Part shown: in pieces, positions 19,116-25,614 of the stretch | Layout of the letters: each line of letters opens with the position of its first letter | How positions within the stretch are numbered: the stretch's first letter is position 1 | IMG/VR virus record: IMGVR_UViG_3300009873_000015 | Coordinates: 4,847-68,846 of that record | Source: a virus | Length of the DNA: 64,000 bases | Strand: one strand, 5' to 3' | The notes under the pieces: generated by a model | The model's input: only the letters and a program-made list of their open reading frames with translations | What the model was told of the DNA's origin: nothing | Databases searched by the model: none | Program-made: the position numbers and the translations under genes

Positions 19116-19116
19116 G

Positions 19117-19200
19117 CGTTTGGTATAGGATTCGAACCTATGATGGCTTAAAGCGTCAGCTTAACAGGCTGGACCATTCGACCTCTATGGCAAACCAAAC
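19117..19200 (-). tRNA. tRNA, anticodon GTT (Asn-type loop CTGTTAA) with long variable arm (84 nt)
   Basis: Acceptor GTTTGGT/ACCAAAC. T-arm ATAGG-TTCGAAT-CCTAT. Variable hairpin GCTT-TAA-AGC. Confidence 0.45.
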
Positions 19201-19245
19201 TTAAATAGTTTTGTACTACACGGAGAAATTATTAAAACTCACCTG

Positions 19246-19318
19246 TAGACCCAGAGGAGTACGATTCCCCACTAACTGTTTAGAAGACAGTTTTGCTATC
19301 CATTTACAACATGGGTCC
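19246..19318 (-). tRNA. tRNA-Arg (TCT) with non-canonical T-loop (ATCGTAC)
   Basis: Acceptor GGACCCA/TGGGTCT. Perfect anticodon stem-loop ACTGT-CTTCTAA-ACAGT. T-stem GGGGA/TCCTC. Confidence 0.5.
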
Positions 19319-19326
19319 ATTTCTTG

Positions 19327-19399
19327 TACACCTACTCCGATTCGAACGGAGGTTTCCACCTTGTAAGGATGGCACACTAAACCACTGTGTTATAGGTGC
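19327..19399 (-). tRNA. tRNA-Val (TAC)
   Basis: Anticodon loop CTTACAA. T-arm CTCCG-TTCGAAT-CGGAG. Acceptor GCACCTA/TAGGTGT. Confidence 0.7.
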
Positions 19400-19404
19400 A
19401 TATG

Positions 19405-19478
19405 TGCTCCCAGAGTGGTTCGAACACTCATCCTTCCGGTTAAGAGCCGGTAGCTACTTCCACATGAGCTTTGAGAGC
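19405..19478 (-). tRNA. tRNA-Lys (CTT)
   Basis: Anticodon loop CTCTTAA. T-arm GAGTG-TTCGAAC-CACTC. Its 5' part is overlapped by the 3' end of the HNH ORF. Confidence 0.6.
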
Positions 19479-19811
19479 ATTTAATCGTGCATGTTCTTCT
19501 TTATGACAGTTGGAACAAAGTAAAGTGCACTTGTCTACTTCTTTCTTTATTTTATTCCATGATGCTGTTTGTTTTGTCCCACTTATACCAAAATCTTTTT
19601 CATTTGGGTCGTTGTGATGAAACTCAAGAGCACCTATATACTTATTATAACCACAGTGTTCACATTTTCCCCCCTTGTGAGCAACTGCCATTTCTTTGAG
19701 CTTCTTACGTCTCTTGTCAACAGCTTCAACTACACACTTCTTGCACCTTGTATATCCGTCACTTCTTGTTGTGAACTCTGTTACTCCGTGCTTTTTACAA
19801 GTCTTTAACAT
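19440..19811 (-). mobile_element. HNH homing endonuclease (likely start MLKTC at about 19811); its 3' end overlaps tRNA-Lys(CTT)
   Basis: CEHCGY...EFHHNDPNEKDF...LLCSNCHKEEH. Upstream promoter-like TTTG, 20-nt spacer, TATCTTGG at 19833-19864. Confidence 0.65.
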
Positions 19812-19832
19812 TTGATTACTATAATTTAGTAA

Positions 19833-19864
19833 TCCAAGATACAAACTTTTTGTGAAACTACCAA
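19833..19864 (-). promoter_or_regulatory. Bacteroidetes-type promoter upstream of HNH gene
   Basis: Minus strand reads AAATAAATTTGG, 20-nt spacer, TATCTTGG. Confidence 0.4.
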
Positions 19865-19903
19865 ATTTATTTCAGCTCCATCTTTGAGCTTCGAGAGCTT
19901 GAG

Positions 19904-19976
19904 TACCGCCCGAGGGATTCGAACCCTCTATCCTCAGCTTAAAAGGCTGCAGCTTGTCCACATAAGCTCCGACGGT
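19904..19976 (-). tRNA. tRNA-Lys (TTT)
   Basis: Anticodon loop CTTTTAA. D-stem AGCT/AGCT. T-arm GAGGG-TTCGAAT-CCCTC. Confidence 0.65.
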
Positions 19977-20012
19977 AAATAAAAAACCCGGAGCTCTTGT
20001 GGAGGCTCCGGG
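19977..20012 (-). terminator. Intrinsic terminator (minus strand)
   Basis: Hairpin CCCGGAGC / GCTCCGGG followed by TTTTTTATTT on the minus strand. Confidence 0.55.
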
Positions 20013-20037
20013 CTTCAATTATTTGATAATCAACAAC

Positions 20038-20133
20038 TTAAATTAGTTCAGTATCAGACAATAGAATCCCGGAGCCATCTTTCTCAATGCCTCTCGCCAT
20101 CCCATTATCCACTACTATATATGAACTGTACAT
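20038..20133 (-). CDS. Mini-ORF (31 aa, MYSSYIVVDNGMARGIEKDGSGILLSDTELI) in a promoter-terminator cassette
   Basis: Lies between promoter 20165-20196 and terminator 19977-20012. Confidence 0.3.
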   Translation of the reverse strand: MYSSYIVVDNGMARGIEKDGSGILLSDTELI

Positions 20134-20144
20134 TGGTTGCAGTA

Positions 20145-20501
20145 TTAAATGTTTGTTTGTAATGCAAATATACGACTAAAATCTGGAATTTCCAAATTTA
20201 TTTTTGAATTTTCTTCTGGAGGCATTGTTGTAGTGCATGTAACGGACGTAGTTACATGCTCTTTCATAGCCTCTTGAAACAATTCCATTCCTCTTCTACC
20301 TGTCATTAAGGTAATCATTCTTGAGGATGGAATCTGATTAGTCTGCCATAGCTCCTGTAGAACCTGCTTCAATCTCTCCTCCGTCATCAAATGACGGTGT
20401 GGATTGTTCATCTGGTCGTACAAGGATTGTCTGCTGCTGGACTGTAAACTCGTTGTAAATGGGGAATCCCCATGCATTGCGGAGAACATTTCCATTTTCA
20501 T
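20145..20501 (-). CDS. Hypothetical ORF (118 aa) overlapping the upstream ORF in another frame; possible frameshifted 3' portion
   Basis: Its 164-nt overlap with 20338-20703 suggests either a frameshift or pseudogenisation. Confidence 0.3.
   Translation of the reverse strand: MKMEMFSAMHGDSPFTTSLQSSSRQSLYDQMNNPHRHLMTEERLKQVLQELWQTNQIPSSRMITLMTGRRGMELFQEAMKEHVTTSVTCTTTMPPEENSKINLEIPDFSRIFALQTNI
20165..20196 (-). promoter_or_regulatory. Bacteroidetes-type promoter (TTTG, 20-nt spacer, TATATTTG)
   Basis: Minus strand reads AAATAAATTTGGaaattccagattttagtcgTATATTTG. Confidence 0.5.
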
Positions 20502-20667
20502 CCCTTTTAAACTTATGACGAAATGTTTGTTTACCAGCCAAATAGGCTTTCAGGTGCTTGGTATGAAAATTTATTCCATCCCTTCCCTCTTTCTCCAGAA
20601 TTTCCTTGTAGTTCTGAGCAGTAATTGTTACTCCCAGATACTTTCTTGTGTACTTCTGCTTTTCCAT
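20338..20667 (-). CDS. Hypothetical protein (start MEKQKY at 20667, leaderless with promoter 20673-20704)
   Basis: Minus strand reads TATATTTGcagatATG. The track ORF is extended upstream by a TTG alternative start. Confidence 0.4.
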   Translation of the reverse strand: MEKQKYTRKYLGVTITAQNYKEILEKEGRDGINFHTKHLKAYLAGKQTFRHKFKRDENGNVLRNAWGFPIYNEFTVQQQTILVRPDEQSTPSFDDGGEIEAGSTGAMAD

Positions 20668-20672
20668 ATCTG

Positions 20673-20704
20673 CAAATATATGGTGCAGATATGGTAAAAC
20701 CAAA
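20673..20704 (-). promoter_or_regulatory. Bacteroidetes-type promoter (TTTG, 20-nt spacer, TATATTTG)
   Basis: Minus strand reads AAATAAATTTGGttttaccatatctgcaccaTATATTTG. Confidence 0.5.
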
Positions 20705-20750
20705 TTTATTTTTGGTACTCCGTGACAGATTCGAACTTTCTAAGTCCAGT
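20704..20750 (-). pseudogene. Orphan tRNA 3' fragment (T-arm plus acceptor 3' strand) resembling the 3' half of the adjacent tRNA-Arg
   Basis: GAAAGTTCGAATCTGTCACGGAGTACC versus tRNA-Arg GAGAGTTCGAATCTTTCACGGGGTACA. No matching 5' half is present. Confidence 0.4.
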
Positions 20751-21273
20751 ATTGATTTTGCCTTTCAATAGCTTGTTTTATTGACTCTATGGGAAGACCC
20801 TTATATTCTGTACCCCGTGAAAGATTCGAACTCTCAAAATCTCCTGATTCGTATTCAGGTGCTGTATCCGGTTTAGCTAACGGGGCATTATGTCTTCTTC
20901 TATGACAATTTGGACAGAGAGGAACACATTTGTCCACCTCTTCCATTATCTTCTTCATAGAAGATTCTTTAAGGTTTGAAAGATTATAGTCTTTCGTAGA
21001 TGGGTCTAAATGGTGAAACTCACACATATATGGCTCATCTTTAAATGACATTTCACAATCTGTACAAGAAAGTGTTCTTTTGAAGTCCATAAATCTTTCC
21101 TTATAAGATTTGTTATTCTTCTTAGACTTCTTTATATAGTATTGAACATTCTTGTTATAATGTTCTTTTATCTTCTTCCTTCTGCAATCTTTGCAGTATC
21201 CAACTTTTCGGTTTGCTCTTTGGTCAAATTCAGATTCTGGTTTAACCAGTTTACATTCAGTACATTGTCTCAT
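20740..21273 (-). mobile_element. HNH homing endonuclease (start MRQCTECK at 21273); C-terminal tail reads through tRNA-Arg
   Basis: CKDCRRKK...CEFHHLDPSTKD...PLCPNCHRRRHN. Leaderless promoter TATATTTGtttcATG. Confidence 0.65.
20811..20886 (-). tRNA. tRNA-Arg (ACG)
   Basis: Anticodon stem-loop CCTGA-ATACGAA-TCAGG. T-arm GAGAG-TTCGAAT-CTTTC. Lies inside the 3' tail of the HNH ORF. Confidence 0.7.
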
Positions 21274-21277
21274 GAAA

Positions 21278-21309
21278 CAAATATACGAAAAAGCTACGAA
21301 CCCACCAAA
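21278..21309 (-). promoter_or_regulatory. Bacteroidetes-type promoter (TTTG, 20-nt spacer, TATATTTG) flanked by a 10-bp inverted repeat
   Basis: Inverted repeat GCTACGAACC...GGTTCGTAGC (21293-21330) brackets the -33 element. Confidence 0.45.
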
Positions 21310-21365
21310 TTTATTTTCATGGTTCGTAGCCACAGATTCTCATCCATTGAACTAACGGAGCATGG

Positions 21366-21439
21366 GGTGATATACGAGATTCGAACTCGCACTACCTGAC
21401 TCACAATCAGGCGTGTTAAACCATTACACTAATACCACC
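21366..21439 (-). tRNA. tRNA-His (GTG)
   Basis: Anticodon stem-loop CCTGA-TTGTGAG-TCAGG. Discriminator C. T-arm GCGAG-TTCGAAT-CTCGT. Confidence 0.7.
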
Positions 21440-21446
21440 ATGTTGG

Positions 21447-21517
21447 ATGTCCTACTTGGATTCGAACCAAGAACCTTTGAGTCAGAGTCAAAGATGTTAC
21501 CGTTACACCATAAGACA
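21447..21517 (-). tRNA. tRNA-Gln (CTG)
   Basis: Anticodon stem-loop TTTGA-CTCTGAC-TCAAA. T-arm CTTGG-TTCGAAT-CCAAG. Confidence 0.65.
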
Positions 21518-21523
21518 ATATGG

Positions 21524-21594
21524 ATGCCTCCGTGGGACTCGAACCCACAACCACCACGCTCAAAACGTGAGATGTTGCATTACACCAAGAGGCA
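21524..21594 (-). tRNA. tRNA-Gln (TTG)
   Basis: Anticodon stem-loop TCACG-TTTTGAG-CGTGG. T-arm GTGGG-TTCGAGT-CCCAC. Confidence 0.65.
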
Positions 21595-21630
21595 GTTTTG
21601 GCCAGTTATAATTTTTATAGTTGGCCATTG

Positions 21631-21704
21631 CACGGATGGAAGGACTCGAACCCTCGCTTACTTGGTTTTGGAGACCAAAGCTCTACCAACTGAGCTACAC
21701 CCGT
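21631..21704 (-). tRNA. tRNA-Trp (CCA)
   Basis: D-arm TAGCTCAGTTGGTAGAGC. Anticodon stem-loop TTGGT-CTCCAAA-ACCAA. T-arm GAGGG-TTCGAGT-CCTTC. Confidence 0.75.
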
Positions 21705-21710
21705 GTGTGG

Positions 21711-21782
21711 TGGTGATGGAGGATTCCGAGACCCCGACGCCAAGCTCTTCAGGCTTGCGCTCTACCGCTGAGCTACATCACC
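21711..21782 (-). tRNA. tRNA-Phe (GAA) with non-canonical T-loop (G58)
   Basis: Acceptor GGTGATG/CATCACC. D-arm TAGCTCAGCGGTAGAGC. Anticodon stem-loop CAAGC-CTGAAGA-GCTTG. T-region GGGG-TCTCGGAAT-CCTC. Confidence 0.65.
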
Positions 21783-21861
21783 ATATGCCGTTTTTGTTTA
21801 AGGAGTGCTAACTCCCCTGCCTTATGGGAGGAGCAGGTGGTTATTTCAAACGGAACCAGAG

Positions 21862-21936
21862 AGTCGGTAGTCAGATTCGAACTGACGATTGTGTGGTTTT
21901 GCAGACCAGTGCCTTTGTCCACTCAGCCATACCGAC
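21862..21936 (-). tRNA. tRNA-Cys (GCA)
   Basis: Anticodon loop CTGCAAA. T-arm GTCAG-TTCGAAT-CTGAC. Acceptor GTCGGTA/TACCGAC. Confidence 0.7.
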
Positions 21937-21946
21937 ATATTATTGG

Positions 21947-22021
21947 AGCCTATGACAAGAGTCGAACTTGCAACCCCCCGCTTACAAGGCGGGAGCTCTG
22001 CCAAAATTGAGCTACATAGGC
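21947..22021 (-). tRNA. tRNA-Thr (TGT), CCA encoded
   Basis: Anticodon stem-loop CCCGC-CTTGTAA-GCGGG. T-arm GCAAG-TTCGACT-CTTGT. Confidence 0.7.
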
Positions 22022-22029
22022 ATGTTATG

Positions 22030-22102
22030 CTCCAGAGGTCGGACTCGAACCAACATATGCTTCATTACAAGTGAAGTCCTGTACCAATTGAGGCACTCCG
22101 GA
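22030..22102 (-). tRNA. tRNA-Thr (TGT), second divergent copy
   Basis: Anticodon stem-loop CTTCA-CTTGTAA-TGAAG. T-arm GTTGG-TTCGAGT-CCGAC. Confidence 0.6.
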
Positions 22103-22107
22103 ATCAG

Positions 22108-22194
22108 TCGGGTAAACAGGACTCGAACCTGCATTGAGCTATTAACTACTTCTCGTTTCCAAAACGAGTCGGCTTCCATTGCCTTCATTACCCG
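22108..22194 (-). tRNA. tRNA, anticodon TGG (Pro-type) with a 19-nt variable region (87 nt)
   Basis: Perfect anticodon stem-loop CTCGT-TTTGGAA-ACGAG. T-arm GCAGG-TTCGAGT-CCTGT. Acceptor CGGGTAA/TTACCCG. Confidence 0.45.
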
Positions 22195-22201
22195 AAATAT
22201 G

Positions 22202-22273
22202 TCGAGTAGAATAGATTCGAACTATCACGTTCCTGCTCCCAAAGCAGGGGGGCTACCGTTACCCTACTACTCG
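22202..22273 (-). tRNA. tRNA-Pro (TGG)
   Basis: Anticodon stem-loop CCTGC-TTTGGGA-GCAGG. T-arm GATAG-TTCGAAT-CTATT. Confidence 0.7.
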
Positions 22274-22275
22274 AA

Positions 22276-22306
22276 ATAAAAAAAGCCCTCAGTAGAAACT
22301 GAAGGC
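22276..22306 (-). terminator. Intrinsic terminator (minus strand) separating the upstream mini-gene cassette from the tRNA array
   Basis: Hairpin GCCTTCAG...CTGAGGGC followed by TTTTTTTATTT on the minus strand. Confidence 0.5.
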
Positions 22307-22339
22307 TGCTTTTGATTACTTTATCAAAAATGGACTGTG

Positions 22340-22432
22340 TTATAAGTTAAGTACACACACAGAGCAGCCTTCACAAGTGCCAAAGGGACACTGTGGACAG
22401 GTAAACCATGTATGTGTGCGTTGTGCTTTCAT
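22340..22432 (-). CDS. Leaderless Cys-rich mini-ORF (30 aa, MKAQRTHTWFTCPQCPFGTCEGCSVCVLNL); possible zinc-ribbon micro-protein
   Basis: Two CxxC motifs. ATG is 4 nt after the -7 box. The terminator 22276-22306 follows. Confidence 0.35.
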   Translation of the reverse strand: MKAQRTHTWFTCPQCPFGTCEGCSVCVLNL

Positions 22433-22435
22433 AAT

Positions 22436-22468
22436 GCAAATATACAACAATATTTTACAGATTCCAAA
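22436..22468 (-). promoter_or_regulatory. Bacteroidetes-type promoter (TTTG, 21-nt spacer, TATATTTG)
   Basis: Minus strand reads AAATAAATTTGGaatctgtaaaatattgttgTATATTTGcattATG. Confidence 0.5.
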
Positions 22469-22481
22469 TTTATTTTTGAAA

Positions 22482-22544
22482 TTACTTTTTGGTGCCACCG
22501 CATCCGCAGCCACCACCTTTCTTACAAGTCAGAATCTTTTTCAT
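22482..22544 (-). CDS. Mini-ORF (20 aa, MKKILTCKKGGGCGCGGTKK), Cys/Gly-rich
   Basis: Downstream of promoter-like site 22553-22584. Runs straight into the next promoter. Confidence 0.3.
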   Translation of the reverse strand: MKKILTCKKGGGCGCGGTKK

Positions 22545-22552
22545 TTACAAGG

Positions 22553-22584
22553 TTAATATACGATATTATTTTGAATCTACCAAA
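22553..22584 (-). promoter_or_regulatory. Promoter-like site (TTTG, 20-nt spacer, TATATTAA)
   Basis: The -33 element and spacing are good. The -7 box is weaker. Confidence 0.35.
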
Positions 22585-22655
22585 TTTAATTAAAAAAGGG
22601 AGCGTAGACACGCCCCCTGAAACTTCTCGGAGAACCAACAACCGAGGTTTTAAAA

Positions 22656-23768
22656 TTATGGTAATATTGGGTGAACCACTGCTCCCTCAAAGTTTACCAC
22701 GATAGATTTTGATGTTGCATTGATAAATGAGGACTGGAATTCCAGAACCAAATTCTGAGCTGACATACGAATTACGTAGCCATAAAGCTGAGTATATTGG
22801 TCTGCACCTGCCTGTGGAATATCAATGTAATTAATTGATTTTAAGTCTTTTGTACCAATCAGTTCACCTGCTAATACGCAAGTTACAGGGATATTACCCA
22901 TAGGAATTGTGAACTTTCTGTTGGCAGTTTGGTAAGTGCCAAAGTTTACAGTATAGGTAATTGAACCTCTGAACTCTATAGTTCCATCAAAACGGTATCT
23001 GTACTGAGGTGCACCAGATGAGTAGGTTACGTTAGGGTTACCTGTAGCAACCAGAGTTATGTTTCTCCATACTCCATCGAAACATGGACGAACCACTTGG
23101 ATAGATGGGTTAGTAGATACAATGTATGGGTCAACCAGAGTACCTGTACCAGAGACTGTCACACCTACACCTTGTTGTACAATAGTTTCACTACCGTCTG
23201 GTGCAGAGTATGCTGTCTTCAGTTTTCCGTCACTACCAATAGTAAGCTGGTTCCCACTGTCTCCTGAGATTAAAGTTGTAGGTACGACATCTAACTCTAG
23301 TTTTTCGTCACCACCCGGATTGAGAATGTTTTTTGTCAGAAATTCCCCTGTTTCGACCTTTTCATCTAAATAATTAGATGTTGTGTCATTGGATGTCACC
23401 TTAGCATTTACGTCTACAGGTGTACCACCTTCTACAGCATTGATTACCAGCTTTCTATCACATCCTGAACCAGTGATGGAGAAGGAGATATTCAAACCTT
23501 CCTCCAGCTTATCAAACAGGTGCTCAGGACATGTATCTTGCCCGTCAATCAGAACTTTACCTTTATCTTCCTGCAAATCACATATTGCAGCTTCGATTTT
23601 ACCCATTACATCCTTACCGTTCTCGCCATTAGCTACATCAAGACACGGTAAAGGATTACCATCATATGTTGTACAACCAAAGGTGCTAGGGTTTAAACAC
23701 CCACAGTTATCATATGGGTCTGTACATGGGTCATTTTGTACACATGGGTCTGTTTCGTTACAAGCCAT
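22656..23768 (-). CDS. Tail fibre or receptor-binding-like protein (370 aa)
   Basis: Cys-rich N-terminus and a G/T/S/N-rich beta-rich body. Sits in the tail-fibre block. Confidence 0.45.
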   Translation of the reverse strand: MACNETDPCVQNDPCTDPYDNCGCLNPSTFGCTTYDGNPLPCLDVANGENGKDVMGKIEAAICDLQEDKGKVLIDGQDTCPEHLFDKLEEGLNISFSITGSGCDRKLVINAVEGGTPVDVNAKVTSNDTTSNYLDEKVETGEFLTKNILNPGGDEKLELDVVPTTLISGDSGNQLTIGSDGKLKTAYSAPDGSETIVQQGVGVTVSGTGTLVDPYIVSTNPSIQVVRPCFDGVWRNITLVATGNPNVTYSSGAPQYRYRFDGTIEFRGSITYTVNFGTYQTANRKFTIPMGNIPVTCVLAGELIGTKDLKSINYIDIPQAGADQYTQLYGYVIRMSAQNLVLEFQSSFINATSKSIVVNFEGAVVHPILP

Positions 23769-23787
23769 TTGTAAAAGTTTTTATAAA

Positions 23788-24345
23788 TTAAAAAGGATAA
23801 TCTCCACAATCCAATGTTCCAGCACCTTCCTGCTCATTCTCTGTAAGAGGTTTGTAATATTGTGTATTCGGACGAGTATCATTTGTGTGAGATATAACTT
23901 GCAGTTGTAGTTTGTCGAAAAAGCTTTCTGCTACCTTAAAATAAAGATATACAGCCTTTCTTTTGTCATCACCACTATCGTTAATTGTAAAACGATTGAT
24001 ATTTGTAAAAGTAAAGAGACCTTGTGGAGGAACAAAAGCATTTAAATAATCATGGTCATTTGTATTATTCAATAATCCATCTAATGTAAACTCTAAGTCT
24101 CCAATCATAAGTTTACTGTAATAGGTATCTGTTTCATCATTAGGGTGGTTATCATTGTTATCATCATCTACATTCATATAGAATACTCCACATTTATATG
24201 TAGATGATATAGGTAATGTCCCTGTACATGATGATGTGACTTCGGCATCTCCGTCTACGAAGACACCGGTAATAATAGCATCAGCAGGGAGAACAACTGT
24301 TTCTCCCGGCTGAAGCGTTACTGTAAAAGTTTGTGGTGCTGCCAT
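23788..24345 (-). CDS. Tail fibre-associated protein (185 aa)
   Basis: ORF in the fibre block. Confidence 0.4.
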   Translation of the reverse strand: MAAPQTFTVTLQPGETVVLPADAIITGVFVDGDAEVTSSCTGTLPISSTYKCGVFYMNVDDDNNDNHPNDETDTYYSKLMIGDLEFTLDGLLNNTNDHDYLNAFVPPQGLFTFTNINRFTINDSGDDKRKAVYLYFKVAESFFDKLQLQVISHTNDTRPNTQYYKPLTENEQEGAGTLDCGDYPF

Positions 24346-24347
24346 AA

Positions 24348-25613
24348 TTAAGGTGCTGCTGTTGTTGTTGTTGTTGATGAAGTAGACGGCTGTACAATTA
24401 CAGAAGGTTGAGAACTGTATGATTGGTCAGATTGATATACAATTGTTACAGTACCATCACCTGATGCTGTGTACTCACAGTATTTACAATTGGCCTGTGC
24501 TACCTTACGAGTTAAGCACTTTTGACATGTCAGGGTTCCTGTACCTAATACAGCAGTAATGCTAATATCGAGAGGAGATGTTGTGTTCAAACCTACAATT
24601 ATGATTTCCTCTGTTGCATTATTCGCAATAGTGATGTTGAAATCAACACTATTCCCATCTATATCTGTTATAGTACCGTGGCTTCCTTGGTCGGTAAATC
24701 CAACAGGGATAGATGTACCTGCTCCATATGTGAAGGAGATGATAATACCATCTGCATCCTCATTGTACACGGCTGTGAAGCCAAGTTCAATATCATCACA
24801 AGTAAGAGCACAGCAATTTTCTTCCATGAATTGTACCCTTTGCCAGATGTTACCAAATGCTATAAGCAGGTTGTTATAGTTTTCTGCCATATTGGCAGGA
24901 GCTAATATCCACCCCGGTAACAATCCAAACTCTGCGTTCATGTCTGCTGGTGTGTTGGCAAGTGCTGATGCAATGTCTCCAGAGTCACCAGTTGCACCTT
25001 CCAAATCACAAAGTTCATTGGCCACACTTACTACTTGTGAGGAAGTAGGCTTTACGACTGGGTCCACACAGGTTGCAAATTCCTGCTCTGTCATATCTGG
25101 AATATCCAGATTGTCTATCTGAGACTGTAGGGAAATCACTTTTCCTTCCAGTGTTTCAATTCTCAGCTTGTGGTCACATAGGTTATCAATAACAAGCTGG
25201 TCCAGTTGGTCTCTTGTTATAGAGAGACTGTTACCAAGGTTATCGAATTCAGCGTAACACTTTAGGTTTACATTTACATTTGATTGATTCAGCAGTTCTG
25301 AAAGCTGTTCAGATAGGTTATCAATGAAATCCTTTAAACATATCTGATTGTTTTTCAGCACGTTAAGGATATTCAATATTGTGATTTCCTGTGGAGCTTT
25401 CTGGTCACAGATGTCCAGCAGAGAATCAATATCAAAGGCAGATAGGTCTTCACCAGCAACTTCTTGAAGCTTAGTGATTACCTCCCAGAGCAAATTGTTC
25501 AATGAATCTCCATCACATATACCCAAATACTCTATTGTCCCACCATTCCATTCGACACATGATGAGGGAGTAGGGATACAGTTTTCGACTACACAATTTT
25601 GTACTTTTTTCAT
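24348..25613 (-). CDS. Tail fibre-like protein (421 aa) with poly-Thr C-terminus
   Basis: The C-terminus reads STSSTTTTTAAP. Confidence 0.45.
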   Translation of the reverse strand: MKKVQNCVVENCIPTPSSCVEWNGGTIEYLGICDGDSLNNLLWEVITKLQEVAGEDLSAFDIDSLLDICDQKAPQEITILNILNVLKNNQICLKDFIDNLSEQLSELLNQSNVNVNLKCYAEFDNLGNSLSITRDQLDQLVIDNLCDHKLRIETLEGKVISLQSQIDNLDIPDMTEQEFATCVDPVVKPTSSQVVSVANELCDLEGATGDSGDIASALANTPADMNAEFGLLPGWILAPANMAENYNNLLIAFGNIWQRVQFMEENCCALTCDDIELGFTAVYNEDADGIIISFTYGAGTSIPVGFTDQGSHGTITDIDGNSVDFNITIANNATEEIIIVGLNTTSPLDISITAVLGTGTLTCQKCLTRKVAQANCKYCEYTASGDGTVTIVYQSDQSYSSQPSVIVQPSTSSTTTTTAAP

Positions 25614-25614
25614 T

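Noticed and set aside
16001-22279. Plus-strand track ORFs inside the tRNA array (16001-16201, 16272-16493, 16623-16850, 17116-17310, 18051-18368, 19293-19484, 21413-21811, 21889-22074, 21968-22279)
   Set aside because: All lie antisense to, or overlap, minus-strand tRNA genes. They are GC-richer tRNA sequence read in a spurious frame, with no start context.
22412-22705. Plus-strand 97-aa ORF across the 22.4-22.7 kb intergenic region
   Set aside because: It overlaps two minus-strand promoter and mini-ORF cassettes and the start of the tail-fibre gene. Its translation has no features.
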